A stretch of 64,000 bases of DNA from Escherichia coli (GTDB lineage: Bacteria; Pseudomonadota; Gammaproteobacteria; Enterobacterales; Enterobacteriaceae): NCBI RefSeq assembly GCF_009931435.1, contig NZ_CP043414.1. The stretch is one strand, 5' to 3'. The notes under the pieces were generated by a model. The model made no database searches and was not told where the DNA came from. It worked only from the letters and a program-made list of their open reading frames with translations. Positions 51,560 through 64,000 of the stretch are shown one piece after another (positions within the stretch are counted from its first letter, which is position 1; each line of letters begins with the position of its first letter). Both the position numbers and the translations under genes were made by a program.

Positions 51560-52324
51560 ATGAACGATCTATTTTCACTGGCAGGAAAAAATATCTTGAT
51601 TACCGGTTCAGCACAGGGCATTGGCTTTTTACTGGCAACCGGCCTGGGTAAATATGGCGCACAAATAATTATTAATGATATTACTGCCGAACGCGCAGAA
51701 CTTGCTGTAAAAAAACTCCACCAGGAGGGTATTCAGGCCGTTGCCGCACCTTTTAATGTTACTCATAAACATGAAATTGATGCCGCCGTTGAACATATCG
51801 AAAAGGACATCGGCCCCATTGATGTGCTGGTGAATAACGCCGGTATCCAGCGCCGTCATCCTTTTACTGAGTTCCCTGAACAAGAGTGGAATGATGTGAT
51901 CGCAGTAAACCAGACCGCCGTGTTCCTGGTGTCGCAAGCGGTAACTCGTCACATGGTTGAACGCAAGGCAGGTAAAGTTATTAATATTTGCTCGATGCAA
52001 AGCGAACTGGGACGTGACACCATCACCCCTTATGCCGCATCGAAAGGGGCGGTAAAAATGCTCACCCGCGGCATGTGCGTCGAGCTGGCGCGCCACAATA
52101 TTCAGGTCAACGGTATTGCGCCGGGCTATTTCAAAACAGAAATGACTAAAGCACTGGTTGAGGACGAAGCCTTCACCGCCTGGTTGTGCAAACGGACCCC
52201 CGCCGCACGCTGGGGAGATCCGCAGGAACTGATTGGTGCTGCGGTGTTCCTTTCTTCAAAAGCCTCTGATTTCGTAAACGGCCACCTGTTGTTTGTTGAT
52301 GGCGGCATGTTAGTGGCTGTTTAA
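51560..52324 (+). CDS. idnO: 5-keto-D-gluconate 5-reductase IdnO (short-chain dehydrogenase)
   Basis: 254-aa SDR with TGSAQGIG Rossmann motif and catalytic Y-x3-K (YAASKGAVK). Confidence 0.9.
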   Translation: MNDLFSLAGKNILITGSAQGIGFLLATGLGKYGAQIIINDITAERAELAVKKLHQEGIQAVAAPFNVTHKHEIDAAVEHIEKDIGPIDVLVNNAGIQRRHPFTEFPEQEWNDVIAVNQTAVFLVSQAVTRHMVERKAGKVINICSMQSELGRDTITPYAASKGAVKMLTRGMCVELARHNIQVNGIAPGYFKTEMTKALVEDEAFTAWLCKRTPAARWGDPQELIGAAVFLSSKASDFVNGHLLFVDGGMLVAV

Positions 52325-52388
52325 CACCTACTACCCTACGTGCAGCGCGAAAGCGCTGCTTTTCTGGCACTAATAAGAGATAAAGACT

Positions 52389-53708
52389 ATGCCATTAATC
52401 ATTATTGCGGCAGGCGTCGCGCTGCTTCTTATCCTGATGATCGGCTTTAAAGTTAACGGCTTTATTGCCCTCGTTCTGGTAGCTGCCGTCGTCGGATTTG
52501 CCGAAGGGATGGATGCACAGGCCGTCCTGCACTCTATACAAAATGGTATCGGCAGCACGCTCGGCGGGCTGGCAATGATCCTCGGTTTCGGGGCCATGTT
52601 AGGCAAGCTGATTTCTGATACGGGTGCGGCACAACGTATCGCCACTACGCTGATTGCTACTTTTGGTAAAAAACGCGTGCAATGGGCGCTAGTGATCACC
52701 GGTCTGGTTGTGGGCCTCGCCATGTTTTTTGAAGTGGGTTTTGTCCTGCTGTTGCCGTTGGTATTTACCATCGTAGCATCATCAGGATTACCCCTGTTGT
52801 ATGTTGGCGTACCAATGGTAGCAGCGCTCTCTGTAACCCACTGTTTTCTGCCGCCACATCCAGGGCCTACTGCCATCGCGACTATCTTTGAGGCTAATCT
52901 CGGAACGACTTTACTGTATGGATTTATCATTACCATTCCGACAGTTATTGTCGCAGGACCGCTGTTTTCTAAACTGCTAACTCGCTTTGAGAAAGCACCA
53001 CCGGAAGGCTTATTTAATCCTCATCTGTTTAGCGAAGAGGAGATGCCCTCCTTCTGGAACAGTATTTTCGCTGCCGTGATCCCGGTCATCCTGATGGCTA
53101 TCGCCGCCGTTTGTGAAATTACGTTACCGAAAACTAACACCGCGCGCCTCTTCTTTGAATTTGTCGGTAACCCTGCCGTTGCGCTGTTTATTGCCATTGT
53201 TATTGCGATTTTCACACTGGGCCGACGTAATGGACGCACCATCGAGCAAATCATGGATATCATTGGGGATTCTATAGGCGCTATCGCGATGATTGTGTTT
53301 ATTATCGCTGGCGGCGGCGCGTTTAAGCAGGTATTAGTAGATAGCGGTGTCGGGCAGTATATTTCACACTTAATGACCGGAACTACACTTTCGCCGTTAT
53401 TGATGTGCTGGACTGTTGCGGCGCTGTTGCGTATCGCTCTGGGCTCTGCCACCGTCGCGGCCATTACCACCGCGGGTGTGGTGTTGCCGATTATCAACGT
53501 TACCCATGCCGATCCCGCTTTAATGGTACTGGCAACCGGTGCGGGCAGCGTGATCGCGTCACACGTAAACGACCCTGGCTTCTGGCTATTTAAAGGGTAT
53601 TTTAATCTGACGGTTGGTGAAACGTTGCGTGCCTGGACGGTGATGGAAACCCTTATTTCTATTATGGGTTTGCTGGGCGTGTTAGCCATTAACGCCGTAT
53701 TGCACTGA
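52389..53708 (+). CDS. idnT: L-idonate/5-ketogluconate/gluconate transporter IdnT (GntP family)
   Basis: 439-aa polytopic membrane protein of the GntP permease family, in the idn operon. Confidence 0.9.
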   Translation: MPLIIIAAGVALLLILMIGFKVNGFIALVLVAAVVGFAEGMDAQAVLHSIQNGIGSTLGGLAMILGFGAMLGKLISDTGAAQRIATTLIATFGKKRVQWALVITGLVVGLAMFFEVGFVLLLPLVFTIVASSGLPLLYVGVPMVAALSVTHCFLPPHPGPTAIATIFEANLGTTLLYGFIITIPTVIVAGPLFSKLLTRFEKAPPEGLFNPHLFSEEEMPSFWNSIFAAVIPVILMAIAAVCEITLPKTNTARLFFEFVGNPAVALFIAIVIAIFTLGRRNGRTIEQIMDIIGDSIGAIAMIVFIIAGGGAFKQVLVDSGVGQYISHLMTGTTLSPLLMCWTVAALLRIALGSATVAAITTAGVVLPIINVTHADPALMVLATGAGSVIASHVNDPGFWLFKGYFNLTVGETLRAWTVMETLISIMGLLGVLAINAVLH

Positions 53709-53774
53709 AAGAATAAAATATTGTGATGTAGTTTCGGGGGAAGATTGAAGATTCCCCCGACGTTGGGAGAAGTT

Positions 53775-54773
53775 ATGCGCAATCACAGAATTTCTTTACA
53801 GGATATCGCTACGCTGGCTGGCGTAACAAAAATGACCGTGAGTCGTTATATCCGCTCGCCGAAAAAGGTGGCAAAGGAAACAGGCGAGCGCATCGCCAAA
53901 ATTATGGAAGAGATCAATTATATCCCTAATCGCGCTCCCGGCATGTTGTTGAATGCACAAAGTTATACCCTCGGTATCTTGATTCCGTCATTTCAAAATC
54001 AACTCTTCGCTGACATTCTCGCGGGAATAGAATCCGTCACCTCTGAGCATAATTATCAGACCCTTATTGCTAATTACAATTACGATCGCGATTCCGAAGA
54101 AGAGTCGGTGATTAACCTGCTCTCTTATAACATTGACGGGATTATTCTTTCGGAAAAATATCACACCATCAGGACGGTGAAATTTCTGCGTTCAGCCACC
54201 ATTCCGGTCGTGGAATTGATGGATGTACAGGGAGAACGGCTGGATATGGAGGTCGGTTTTGATAATCGGCAGGCCGCTTTTGACATGGTGTGTACCATGC
54301 TGGATAAGCGAGTCAGGCGCAAAATTCTGTATCTCGGTTCCAAAGATGACACCCGCGATGAACAGCGTTATCAGGGGTATTGCGATGCGATGATGCTGCA
54401 TAATCTTTCCCCGTTACGCATGAATCCACGCGCCATCTCATCCATTCATTTAGGAATGCAATTAATGCGTGATGCCCTTAGCGCAACCCCGGATTTAGAC
54501 GGTGTATTTTGCACCAATGACGATATTGCGATGGGTGCGCTTCTGCTGTGCCGCGAGCGAAACCTCGCCGTGCCAGAACAAATTTCCATTGCGGGTTTTC
54601 ATGGGCTGGAGATTGGCAGGCAAATGATCCCAAGCCTCGCCAGCGTAATTACTCCCCGTTTTGATATTGGTCGGATGGCCGCCCAAATGTTGCTGAGCAA
54701 AATTAAAAATAACGATCACAACCACAACACTGTTGACCTCGGGTATCAGATTTATCACGGTAACACGCTTTAG
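53775..54773 (+). CDS. idnR: LacI-family transcriptional regulator IdnR
   Basis: 332-aa product from the ATG at 53775 ([26 protein letters not shown]...) with an N-terminal HTH and a periplasmic-binding-protein-like sugar-binding domain. Confidence 0.9.
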   Translation: MRNHRISLQDIATLAGVTKMTVSRYIRSPKKVAKETGERIAKIMEEINYIPNRAPGMLLNAQSYTLGILIPSFQNQLFADILAGIESVTSEHNYQTLIANYNYDRDSEEESVINLLSYNIDGIILSEKYHTIRTVKFLRSATIPVVELMDVQGERLDMEVGFDNRQAAFDMVCTMLDKRVRRKILYLGSKDDTRDEQRYQGYCDAMMLHNLSPLRMNPRAISSIHLGMQLMRDALSATPDLDGVFCTNDDIAMGALLLCRERNLAVPEQISIAGFHGLEIGRQMIPSLASVITPRFDIGRMAAQMLLSKIKNNDHNHNTVDLGYQIYHGNTL

Positions 54774-54850
54774 GTTATTTTCTCTTCATTACACGTATTC
54801 TCTTTGCCGGACGTTGCCTATACTCCAGGCAGGAAACTGGAGGATATCTC

Positions 54851-56353
54851 ATGAGCGAACCCCTGTTAATTGCCCGCACGCCGGACACAGAACTGTTTTT
54901 ACTGCCGGGAATGGCTAACCGTCACGGGCTGATTACTGGCGCAACGGGGACGGGTAAAACCGTTACGCTGCAAAAACTGGCAGAGTCATTGTCGGAAATC
55001 GGTGTTCCGGTGTTTATGGCCGATGTGAAAGGTGATTTAACGGGAGTAGCGGAGGAAGGTACATCTTCGGAAAAACTGCTCGCAAGGCTTAAAAATATCG
55101 GCGTCAATGACTGGCAACCACATGCTAATCCGGTGGTGGTGTGGGATATCTTTGGCGAGAAAGGCCATCCGGTGCGGGCGACGGTTTCAGACCTGGGGCC
55201 GCTGTTGCTGGCGCGACTGTTGAATCTCAACGATGTGCAATCTGGCGTGCTGAATATTATCTTCCGCATTGCTGACGATCAGGGGCTGTTGCTGCTCGAC
55301 TTTAAAGATTTGCGGGCGATTACCCAGTACATCGGCGATAACGCCAAATCCTTCCAGAATCAGTACGGTAATATCAGTAGCGCATCGGTTGGTGCCATCC
55401 AGCGCGGGCTGTTATCGCTGGAACAGCAAGGCGCAGCACACTTCTTTGGTGAGCCGATGCTGGATATCAAAGACTGGATGCGTAGCGATACCAACGGTAA
55501 AGGCGTTATCAATATCCTCAGCGCCGAGAAGCTTTATCAGATGCCGAAACTGTACTCCGCCAGCCTGCTGTGGATGCTTTCAGAGTTATATGAACAATTG
55601 CCTGAAGCGGGCGATCTGGAGAAACCAAAACTGGTGTTTTTCTTCGACGAAGCACATCTGCTGTTTAACGATGCACCGCAGGTACTGCTGGATAAGATTG
55701 AGCAGGTGATAAGGCTTATTCGCTCAAAAGGCGTGGGCGTCTGGTTCGTTTCGCAAAACCCGTCAGATATTCCGGATAATGTGCTCGGGCAGCTCGGTAA
55801 TCGCGTTCAACACGCTTTGCGGGCTTTTACGCCCAAAGATCAGAAAGCAGTAAAAGCTGCGGCGCAAACCATGCGGGCCAATCCGGCGTTTGATACCGAA
55901 AAGGCGATTCAGGAACTGGGGACCGGCGAGGCGTTAATCTCGTTTCTCGATGCGAAAGGAAGCCCTTCAGTGGTGGAACGGGCGATGGTGATTGCCCCCT
56001 GTTCACGAATGGGGCCGGTGACGGAAGATGAGCGTAACGGCCTGATTAATCACTCCCCGGTGTATGGCAAGTACGAGGATGACGTGGACCGGGAATCCGC
56101 CTATGAAATGTTGCAAAAAGGCTTTCAGGCCAGTACCGAGCAGCAAAATAATCCTCCCGCGAAAGGGAAAGAGGTGGCGGTGGATGACGGTATTCTTGGT
56201 GGATTGAAGGATATTTTGTTTGGCACTACCGGACCACGCGGCGGGAAGAAAGATGGTGTGGTGCAAACAATGGCGAAAAGCGCCGCCCGCCAGGTGACGA
56301 ATCAGATTGTGCGTGGTGTGCTGGGGAGTTTGCTGGGGGGGAGAAGAAGGTAA
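54851..56353 (+). CDS. yjgR: DUF853-family NTPase YjgR (HerA-like ATPase)
   Basis: 500-aa ORF with Walker A GATGTGKT and a Walker B region (VFFFDEAH). Confidence 0.88.
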   Translation: MSEPLLIARTPDTELFLLPGMANRHGLITGATGTGKTVTLQKLAESLSEIGVPVFMADVKGDLTGVAEEGTSSEKLLARLKNIGVNDWQPHANPVVVWDIFGEKGHPVRATVSDLGPLLLARLLNLNDVQSGVLNIIFRIADDQGLLLLDFKDLRAITQYIGDNAKSFQNQYGNISSASVGAIQRGLLSLEQQGAAHFFGEPMLDIKDWMRSDTNGKGVINILSAEKLYQMPKLYSASLLWMLSELYEQLPEAGDLEKPKLVFFFDEAHLLFNDAPQVLLDKIEQVIRLIRSKGVGVWFVSQNPSDIPDNVLGQLGNRVQHALRAFTPKDQKAVKAAAQTMRANPAFDTEKAIQELGTGEALISFLDAKGSPSVVERAMVIAPCSRMGPVTEDERNGLINHSPVYGKYEDDVDRESAYEMLQKGFQASTEQQNNPPAKGKEVAVDDGILGGLKDILFGTTGPRGGKKDGVVQTMAKSAARQVTNQIVRGVLGSLLGGRRR

Positions 56354-56371
56354 GTCAGGTGCGATTTGTCT

Positions 56372-56410
56372 TTGCCTGATGCGACGCTGGCGCGCCTTAT
56401 CATGCCTACA
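56372..56410. repeat. REP (repetitive extragenic palindromic) element
   Basis: TGCCTGATGCGACGCTGGCGCGCCTTATCATGCCTAC-type palindromic unit in the yjgR/lptG convergent intergenic region. Confidence 0.6.
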
Positions 56411-56513
56411 CTACTGCAATATATTGAATTTTCATGATTTTTCAGGCATGAACGAAGCACACTTTGCTAACAATAATAAAGGGAGCTTTCGCTCCCTTTA
56501 TTCGTTCATCAGG

Positions 56514-57596
56514 TTACGATTTTCTCATTAACAGCCACAGGCTGATTAAGAAGAAGCTGGCGCTTGGCAGCAACGCGCCGATAATCGGCGGGATGCCGTA
56601 AACCAACGTCAGCGGGCCGAAGATCTGGTCCAGTACGTAGAAGACAAAACCGAAGCTGATACCGGTGACCACACGCACGCCCATCGGTACGCTACGCAGT
56701 GGGCCAAAGATAAACGACAGCGCCATCAGCATCATCACCGCCACGGATAGCGGCTGGAAGATTTTGCTCCACATGTTGAGCTGATAACGTCCGGCATCCT
56801 GACCGCTCGACTTCAGATACTTCACATAGTTGTGCAAACCACTGATGGAGAGGGCATCCGGGTCCAGTGCCACCACGCCCAGTTTGTCCGGCGTGAGGTT
56901 GGTTTTCCAGGTACCGCTCACCGTCTGTGAACCAGTGATCTGTTTCGGATTGGTCAGATCAGATTCATCAACCTGCGACAGACGCCAGACTTTATGTTCC
57001 GGGTCAAACTTCGCGGTAGCGGCATAGCGTACAGATTGCAGACGACGATTCTCATTAAAGGCATAGATACTGATGCCACCTAACTCTTCGTCACCTTTAA
57101 CCCGCTCAATGTAGACGAAGTTGTTGCCATCTTTTGCCCATAAGCCTTGCTGGGTAGAGAGCAACGAGCCACCGTACATCGCCTGCGCACGGTAGTTACG
57201 CGCCATCTGCTCGCCCTGCGGTGCGACCCATTCGCCAATCGCCATCGTCAACAAGACCAGCGGAATGGCGGTTTTCATCACCGACAGCGCCACCTGCATA
57301 CGGGTAAAACCAGAAGCCTGCATGACCACCAGTTCGCTGCGCTGTGCCAGCATCCCCAACCCAAGTAATGCACCCAGCAGGGCCGCCATCGGGAAGAAGA
57401 TTTGCACATCTTTCGGCACGCTCAGCAAGGTATACATTCCTGCGCCTAACGCGTCGTAACTCCCCTGCCCGGCTTTTTTCAGCTGATCGACAAACTTGAT
57501 AATGCCCGACAGCGACACCAGCATGAACAGCGTCATCATGATGGTGGTGAAAATAGTTTTACCGATATAGCGGTCAAGTACGCCAAAAGGTTGCAT
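56514..57596 (-). CDS. lptG: LPS export ABC transporter permease LptG
   Basis: 360-aa product from the ATG at 57596 (MQPFGVLDRYIGKTIF...), a YjgP/YjgQ-family permease. The track ORF starts one codon earlier at a GTG. Confidence 0.9.
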   Translation of the reverse strand: MQPFGVLDRYIGKTIFTTIMMTLFMLVSLSGIIKFVDQLKKAGQGSYDALGAGMYTLLSVPKDVQIFFPMAALLGALLGLGMLAQRSELVVMQASGFTRMQVALSVMKTAIPLVLLTMAIGEWVAPQGEQMARNYRAQAMYGGSLLSTQQGLWAKDGNNFVYIERVKGDEELGGISIYAFNENRRLQSVRYAATAKFDPEHKVWRLSQVDESDLTNPKQITGSQTVSGTWKTNLTPDKLGVVALDPDALSISGLHNYVKYLKSSGQDAGRYQLNMWSKIFQPLSVAVMMLMALSFIFGPLRSVPMGVRVVTGISFGFVFYVLDQIFGPLTLVYGIPPIIGALLPSASFFLISLWLLMRKS

Positions 57597-58696
57597 CACA
57601 CCGCTCCTTTACGCGAAAAACTGGCGCGCAGGCGGCGGACCGGCACGGTGTCCCAAAGGTTGAGAACAATCGCCAAAGCCAGATAAATCAGGTTTACGGT
57701 CCACATCCACAGCGTCGGGTCCAGCTTACCTTTACCGCCGTTCGATTTCAGGGAGGTCTGGATCAGGAAGAACAACAGATACAGCAGCATGGCTGGCAGC
57801 ATCGACAGTACGCGCCCCTGACGCGGGTTAACCACGCTCAGCGGAACGACCATAAGCGCCATCATAAACACGGTGAATACCAACGTGATACGCCAGTTCA
57901 GTTCTGCGCGGGCACGATCGGTGTCAGTGTTCCACAATGTGCGCATGTCCATCTGGTCGGTATCGTTCGGGTCGAGCGCCACCGCCTGGTGACCAATGAT
58001 CGCCTGATAATCCTGGAAGTCCGTAATGCGGAAATCGCGTAACAGTGCAGTGCCTTCGAAGCGCGTTCCCTGGTTGAGAGTGACGACCTGGGAGCCGTCG
58101 CGCAGCTGGGTTAAATGTCCGGAATCGGCCACCACCACAGAAGGACGTGCATTACCTTTTGGTCGAATTTGCGCGAGGAACACATCTTTGAAATCGCTGC
58201 CGTCAACGCTTTCGATGAACAGCACCGAGCTGCCATTAGTCGCTTGCTGGAATTGCCCTTGCGCCAGCGCCGCCATGCCAGGGTTCGCTTTCGCTTCTGC
58301 TAACACTTCATCCTGATGTCGCGATGACCACGGTCCCGCCCACATCACGTTAACCGCCGCGACGATTGCCGTGAATACCGCAAGGATCATTGCCGCTTTC
58401 ACCAGAACCGCTTTGCTCAAGCCGCAGGCATGCATTACCGTAATTTCACTTTCGGTATACAGTTTGCCCAGCGTCATCAGCAGCCCGAGGAACAGGCTTA
58501 ATGGCAGGATAAGCTGCGCCATTTCCGGCACGCCCAACCCGAGAAGGGAGAGCACCAGATTCGCCGGAATATCGCCGTCAACCGCTGCGCCGAGGATCCT
58601 CACTAACTTTTGACAGAAGAAGATCAAAAGCAAGATGAAGAGTATCGCCAGCTGGCTTTTGAGCGTCTCCCGCACCAGATATCTTATGATTATCAC
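57596..58696 (-). CDS. lptF: LPS export ABC transporter permease LptF
   Basis: 366-aa ORF (MIIIRYLVRETLKSQ...); its TGA stop overlaps the lptG ATG (ATGA). Confidence 0.9.
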   Translation of the reverse strand: MIIIRYLVRETLKSQLAILFILLLIFFCQKLVRILGAAVDGDIPANLVLSLLGLGVPEMAQLILPLSLFLGLLMTLGKLYTESEITVMHACGLSKAVLVKAAMILAVFTAIVAAVNVMWAGPWSSRHQDEVLAEAKANPGMAALAQGQFQQATNGSSVLFIESVDGSDFKDVFLAQIRPKGNARPSVVVADSGHLTQLRDGSQVVTLNQGTRFEGTALLRDFRITDFQDYQAIIGHQAVALDPNDTDQMDMRTLWNTDTDRARAELNWRITLVFTVFMMALMVVPLSVVNPRQGRVLSMLPAMLLYLLFFLIQTSLKSNGGKGKLDPTLWMWTVNLIYLALAIVLNLWDTVPVRRLRASFSRKGAV

Positions 58697-58959
58697 TTTA
58701 AATACGCCCGTAAAAACTCGTCTTTTGCAGGATTTTAGCTTGTTTCATGGCTTAAACGTCATTTATTCTCTTGAGTCGTCGAAATCGTCGCTAAGATAAT
58801 TATACTCAACGGATTCACCTCTCAGATTTTGTTCTGACGTGCCAATGCCGTAATAACGTTAAGATTAACACGAAGTCATCGCAACAGCGGACATGAGTTA
58901 CGAAAGCTTGCAATTCTATCTGTAGCCACCGCCGTTGTCTTTAAGATTCAGGAGCGTAG

Positions 58960-60474
<1,515 letters not shown>

Positions 60475-60480
60475 TTGCAT

Positions 60481-60600
60481 CAGGCTGTGTTGTTATTGTC
60501 GGATGCGGCGTGAATGCCTTATCCGACCTACACAGAGTACCGGACCCGTAGGCCTGATAAGACGCGACAGCGTCGCATCAGGCAATTCGGCGTTTATCTG
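60481..60600. repeat. REP element cluster between pepA and holC
   Basis: Tandem palindromic units (...GTCGGATGCGGCGTGAATGCCTTATCCGACCTAC... and ...GGCCTGATAAGACGCGACAGCGTCGCATCAGGC...) typical of enterobacterial REP/BIME sequences. Confidence 0.6.
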
Positions 60601-60635
60601 ATGTGTATTTAAATCCACCACAAGAAGCCCCATTT

Positions 60636-61079
60636 ATGAAAAACGCGACGTTCTATCTTCTGGACAATGACACCACCGTCGATGGCTTAAGCGCCGTTGA
60701 GCAACTGGTGTGTGAAATTGCCGCAGAACGTTGGCGCAGCGGTAAGCGCGTGCTCATCGCTTGTGAAGATGAAAAGCAGGCTTACCGACTGGATGAAGCC
60801 CTGTGGGCGCGTCCGGCAGAAAGCTTTGTTCCGCATAATTTAGCGGGAGAAGGACCGCGCGGCGGTGCGCCGGTGGAGATCGCCTGGCCACAAAAGCGTA
60901 GCAGCAGCCCGCGCGATATATTGATTAGTCTGCGAACAAGCTTTGCAGATTTTGCCACCGCTTTCACAGAAGTGGTAGACTTCGTTCCTTATGAAGATTC
61001 TCTGAAACAACTGGCGCGCGAACGCTATAAAGCCTACCGCGTGGCTGGTTTCAACCTGAATACGGCAACCTGGAAATAA
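60636..61079 (+). CDS. holC: DNA polymerase III chi subunit HolC
   Basis: 147-aa product from the ATG at 60636 ([24 protein letters not shown]...); its stop overlaps the valS start. Confidence 0.92.
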   Translation: MKNATFYLLDNDTTVDGLSAVEQLVCEIAAERWRSGKRVLIACEDEKQAYRLDEALWARPAESFVPHNLAGEGPRGGAPVEIAWPQKRSSSPRDILISLRTSFADFATAFTEVVDFVPYEDSLKQLARERYKAYRVAGFNLNTATWK

Positions 61080-63934
61080 TGGAAAAGACATACAACCCAC
61101 AAGATATCGAACAGCCGCTTTACGAGCACTGGGAAAAGCAGGGCTACTTTAAGCCTAATGGCGATGAAAGCCAGGAAAGTTTCTGCATCATGATCCCGCC
61201 GCCGAACGTCACCGGCAGTTTGCATATGGGTCACGCCTTCCAGCAAACCATCATGGATACCATGATCCGCTATCAGCGTATGCAGGGTAAAAATACCCTG
61301 TGGCAGGTCGGTACTGACCACGCCGGGATCGCTACCCAGATGGTAGTTGAGCGCAAGATTGCCGCAGAAGAAGGTAAAACCCGTCACGACTACGGCCGCG
61401 AAGCTTTCATCGACAAAATCTGGGAATGGAAAGCGGAATCCGGCGGCACCATTACCCGTCAGATGCGTCGTCTCGGTAACTCCGTCGACTGGGAGCGCGA
61501 ACGCTTCACGATGGACGAAGGCCTGTCCAATGCGGTGAAAGAAGTTTTCGTTCGTCTGTATAAAGAAGACCTGATTTACCGTGGTAAACGCCTGGTAAAC
61601 TGGGACCCGAAACTGCGTACCGCAATCTCTGACCTGGAAGTGGAAAACCGCGAATCGAAAGGTTCGATGTGGCACATCCGCTATCCGCTGGCTGACGGCG
61701 CGAAAACCGCAGACGGTAAAGATTATCTGGTGGTTGCGACTACCCGTCCGGAAACCCTGCTGGGCGATACCGGCGTGGCCGTTAACCCGGAAGATCCGCG
61801 TTACAAAGATCTGATTGGCAAATATGTCATTCTGCCGCTGGTTAACCGTCGTATTCCGATTGTTGGCGACGAACACGCCGATATGGAAAAAGGCACTGGC
61901 TGCGTGAAGATCACCCCGGCGCACGACTTTAACGACTATGAAGTCGGTAAACGTCACGCCCTGCCGATGATCAACATCCTGACCTTTGACGGTGATATCC
62001 GTGAAAGCGCCCAGGTGTTCGATACCAAAGGTAACGAATCTGACGTTTATTCCAGCGAAATCCCGGCAGAGTTCCAGAAACTCGAGCGTTTTGCTGCGCG
62101 TAAAGCGGTCGTTGCCGCGGTTGACGCACTCGGCCTGCTGGAAGAAATTAAACCGCACGACCTGACCGTTCCTTACGGCGACCGTGGCGGCGTGGTTATC
62201 GAACCGATGCTGACCGACCAGTGGTACGTACGTGCCGACGTGCTGGCGAAACCGGCGGTTGAAGCGGTTGAGAACGGCGACATTCAGTTCGTACCGAAGC
62301 AGTACGAAAACATGTACTTCTCCTGGATGCGCGATATTCAGGACTGGTGTATCTCTCGTCAGCTGTGGTGGGGTCACCGTATCCCGGCATGGTACGACGA
62401 CGCGGGTAACGTTTATGTTGGCCGCAACGAAGACGAAGTGCGTAAAGAAAATAACCTCGGTGCTGATGTTGCCCTGCGTCAGGACGAAGACGTTCTCGAC
62501 ACCTGGTTCTCCTCCGCACTGTGGACCTTCTCTACCCTTGGCTGGCCGGAAAACACCGACGCACTGCGCCAGTTCCACCCAACCAGCGTGATGGTATCTG
62601 GTTTCGACATCATCTTCTTCTGGATTGCCCGCATGATCATGATGACCATGCACTTCATCAAAGATGAAAATGGCAAACCGCAGGTGCCGTTCCACACCGT
62701 TTACATGACCGGCCTGATTCGTGATGACGAAGGCCAGAAGATGTCCAAATCCAAGGGTAACGTGATTGACCCGCTGGATATGGTTGACGGTATTTCGCTG
62801 CCGGAACTGCTGGAAAAACGTACCGGCAATATGATGCAGCCGCAGCTGGCGGACAAAATCCGTAAGCGCACCGAGAAGCAGTTCCCGAACGGCATTGAGC
62901 CGCACGGTACTGACGCGCTGCGCTTCACCCTGGCGGCGCTGGCTTCTACCGGTCGTGACATCAACTGGGATATGAAGCGTCTGGAAGGCTACCGTAACTT
63001 CTGTAACAAGCTGTGGAACGCCAGCCGCTTTGTGCTGATGAACACAGAAGGTCAGGATTGCGGCTTCAACGGCGGCGAAATGACGCTGTCGCTGGCGGAC
63101 CGCTGGATTCTGGCGGAGTTCAACCAGACTATCAAAGCGTACCGCGAAGCGCTGGACAGCTTCCGCTTCGATATCGCCGCCGGCATTCTGTATGAATTCA
63201 CCTGGAACCAGTTCTGTGACTGGTATCTGGAGCTGACCAAGCCGGTAATGAACGGTGGAACAGAAGCCGAACTGCGCGGTACTCGCCATACGCTGGTGAC
63301 TGTACTGGAAGGTCTGCTGCGCCTCGCGCATCCGATCATTCCGTTCATCACCGAAACCATCTGGCAGCGTGTGAAAGTACTTTGCGGAATCACTGCCGAC
63401 ACCATCATGCTGCAGCCGTTCCCGCAGTACGATGCGTCTCAGGTCGATGAAGCCGCACTGGCCGACACCGAGTGGCTGAAGCAGGCGATCGTTGCGGTAC
63501 GTAACATCCGTGCAGAAATGAACATCGCACCGGGTAAACCGCTGGAGCTGCTGCTGCGTGGTTGCAGCGCGGATGCAGAACGTCGCGTAAATGAAAACCG
63601 TGGCTTCCTGCAAACGCTGGCGCGTCTGGAAAGCATCACCGTGCTGCCTGCCGATGACAAAGGTCCGGTTTCTGTTACTAAGATCGTCGATGGTGCAGAA
63701 CTGCTGATCCCGATGGCAGGCCTCATTAACAAAGAAGATGAGCTGGCGCGTCTGGCAAAAGAAGTGGCGAAGATCGAAGGCGAAATTAGCCGTATCGAGA
63801 ACAAACTGGCGAATGAAGGCTTTGTAGCGCGCGCACCAGAAGCGGTCATCGCGAAAGAGCGTGAGAAGCTGGAAGGTTATGCGGAAGCGAAAGCGAAACT
63901 GATTGAACAGCAGGCTGTTATCGCCGCGCTGTAA
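61079..63934 (+). CDS. valS: Valine--tRNA ligase ValS
   Basis: 951-aa class I aminoacyl-tRNA synthetase with HIGH-type motif ([14 protein letters not shown]) and KMSKS; C-terminal coiled coil. Confidence 0.95.
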   Translation: MEKTYNPQDIEQPLYEHWEKQGYFKPNGDESQESFCIMIPPPNVTGSLHMGHAFQQTIMDTMIRYQRMQGKNTLWQVGTDHAGIATQMVVERKIAAEEGKTRHDYGREAFIDKIWEWKAESGGTITRQMRRLGNSVDWERERFTMDEGLSNAVKEVFVRLYKEDLIYRGKRLVNWDPKLRTAISDLEVENRESKGSMWHIRYPLADGAKTADGKDYLVVATTRPETLLGDTGVAVNPEDPRYKDLIGKYVILPLVNRRIPIVGDEHADMEKGTGCVKITPAHDFNDYEVGKRHALPMINILTFDGDIRESAQVFDTKGNESDVYSSEIPAEFQKLERFAARKAVVAAVDALGLLEEIKPHDLTVPYGDRGGVVIEPMLTDQWYVRADVLAKPAVEAVENGDIQFVPKQYENMYFSWMRDIQDWCISRQLWWGHRIPAWYDDAGNVYVGRNEDEVRKENNLGADVALRQDEDVLDTWFSSALWTFSTLGWPENTDALRQFHPTSVMVSGFDIIFFWIARMIMMTMHFIKDENGKPQVPFHTVYMTGLIRDDEGQKMSKSKGNVIDPLDMVDGISLPELLEKRTGNMMQPQLADKIRKRTEKQFPNGIEPHGTDALRFTLAALASTGRDINWDMKRLEGYRNFCNKLWNASRFVLMNTEGQDCGFNGGEMTLSLADRWILAEFNQTIKAYREALDSFRFDIAAGILYEFTWNQFCDWYLELTKPVMNGGTEAELRGTRHTLVTVLEGLLRLAHPIIPFITETIWQRVKVLCGITADTIMLQPFPQYDASQVDEAALADTEWLKQAIVAVRNIRAEMNIAPGKPLELLLRGCSADAERRVNENRGFLQTLARLESITVLPADDKGPVSVTKIVDGAELLIPMAGLINKEDELARLAKEVAKIEGEISRIENKLANEGFVARAPEAVIAKEREKLEGYAEAKAKLIEQQAVIAAL

Positions 63935-63955
63935 TCAACACCGTGATGAAAACGA

Positions 63956-63984
63956 AGGCCGGAGCATGCTCCGGCCTTTTTTAT
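63956..63984 (+). terminator. Rho-independent terminator downstream of valS
   Basis: GGCCGGAGC-atg-CTCCGGCC hairpin immediately followed by TTTTTTAT, 22 bp after the valS stop. Confidence 0.8.
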
Positions 63985-64000
63985 CTCTTACAGAAATGGT

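Noticed and set aside
52370-53782. Minus-strand ORFs of 188 and 253 aa
   Set aside because: Antisense to idnT; hydrophobic-gene antisense artefacts.
61034-63613. 859-aa ORF on the minus strand
   Set aside because: Lies entirely antisense to valS, whose identity is unambiguous; long antisense ORFs are expected in GC-rich coding DNA. Treated as spurious.

Overview
Enterobacterial (E. coli-like) chromosome segment in which a conserved core flanks a roughly 37-kb accessory defense island at the leuX tRNA hotspot. Left core (minus strand): the type 1 fimbrial genes fimD (3'-truncated by the window edge), fimC, fimI, fimA, the fimS invertible switch, fimE and fimB, followed by the sialic-acid genes nanC, nanM and nanS. 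Right core: leuX (tRNA-Leu CAA), ahr, idnK, idnDOTR, yjgR, lptG, lptF, pepA, holC and valS. Between nanS and leuX, where K-12 carries the KpLE2 cryptic prophage, this window carries no phage integrase. Instead it holds (i) an IS4-family transposase remnant and a small hypothetical ORF; (ii) a tightly coupled 4-gene operon of an SNF2 helicase, a 1644-aa gamma-class N6-adenine methyltransferase, a 2113-aa DEAH-helicase/DUF1998/nuclease-like fusion and a UvrD-like SF1 helicase, which is DISARM-like but architecturally atypical and is my main candidate for an undescribed system; (iii) a DruH/DruE-like pair resembling Druantia type III; (iv) a ZorA/ZorB/ZorE trio resembling Zorya type II; (v) a degenerate nanM'-nanS' duplicate, two divergent HNH-nuclease genes and a low-GC 682-aa orphan ORF beside leuX. 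All family assignments are from motifs read by eye in the supplied translations; no database search or computation was run, and some coordinates (notably inside long genes) are approximate.
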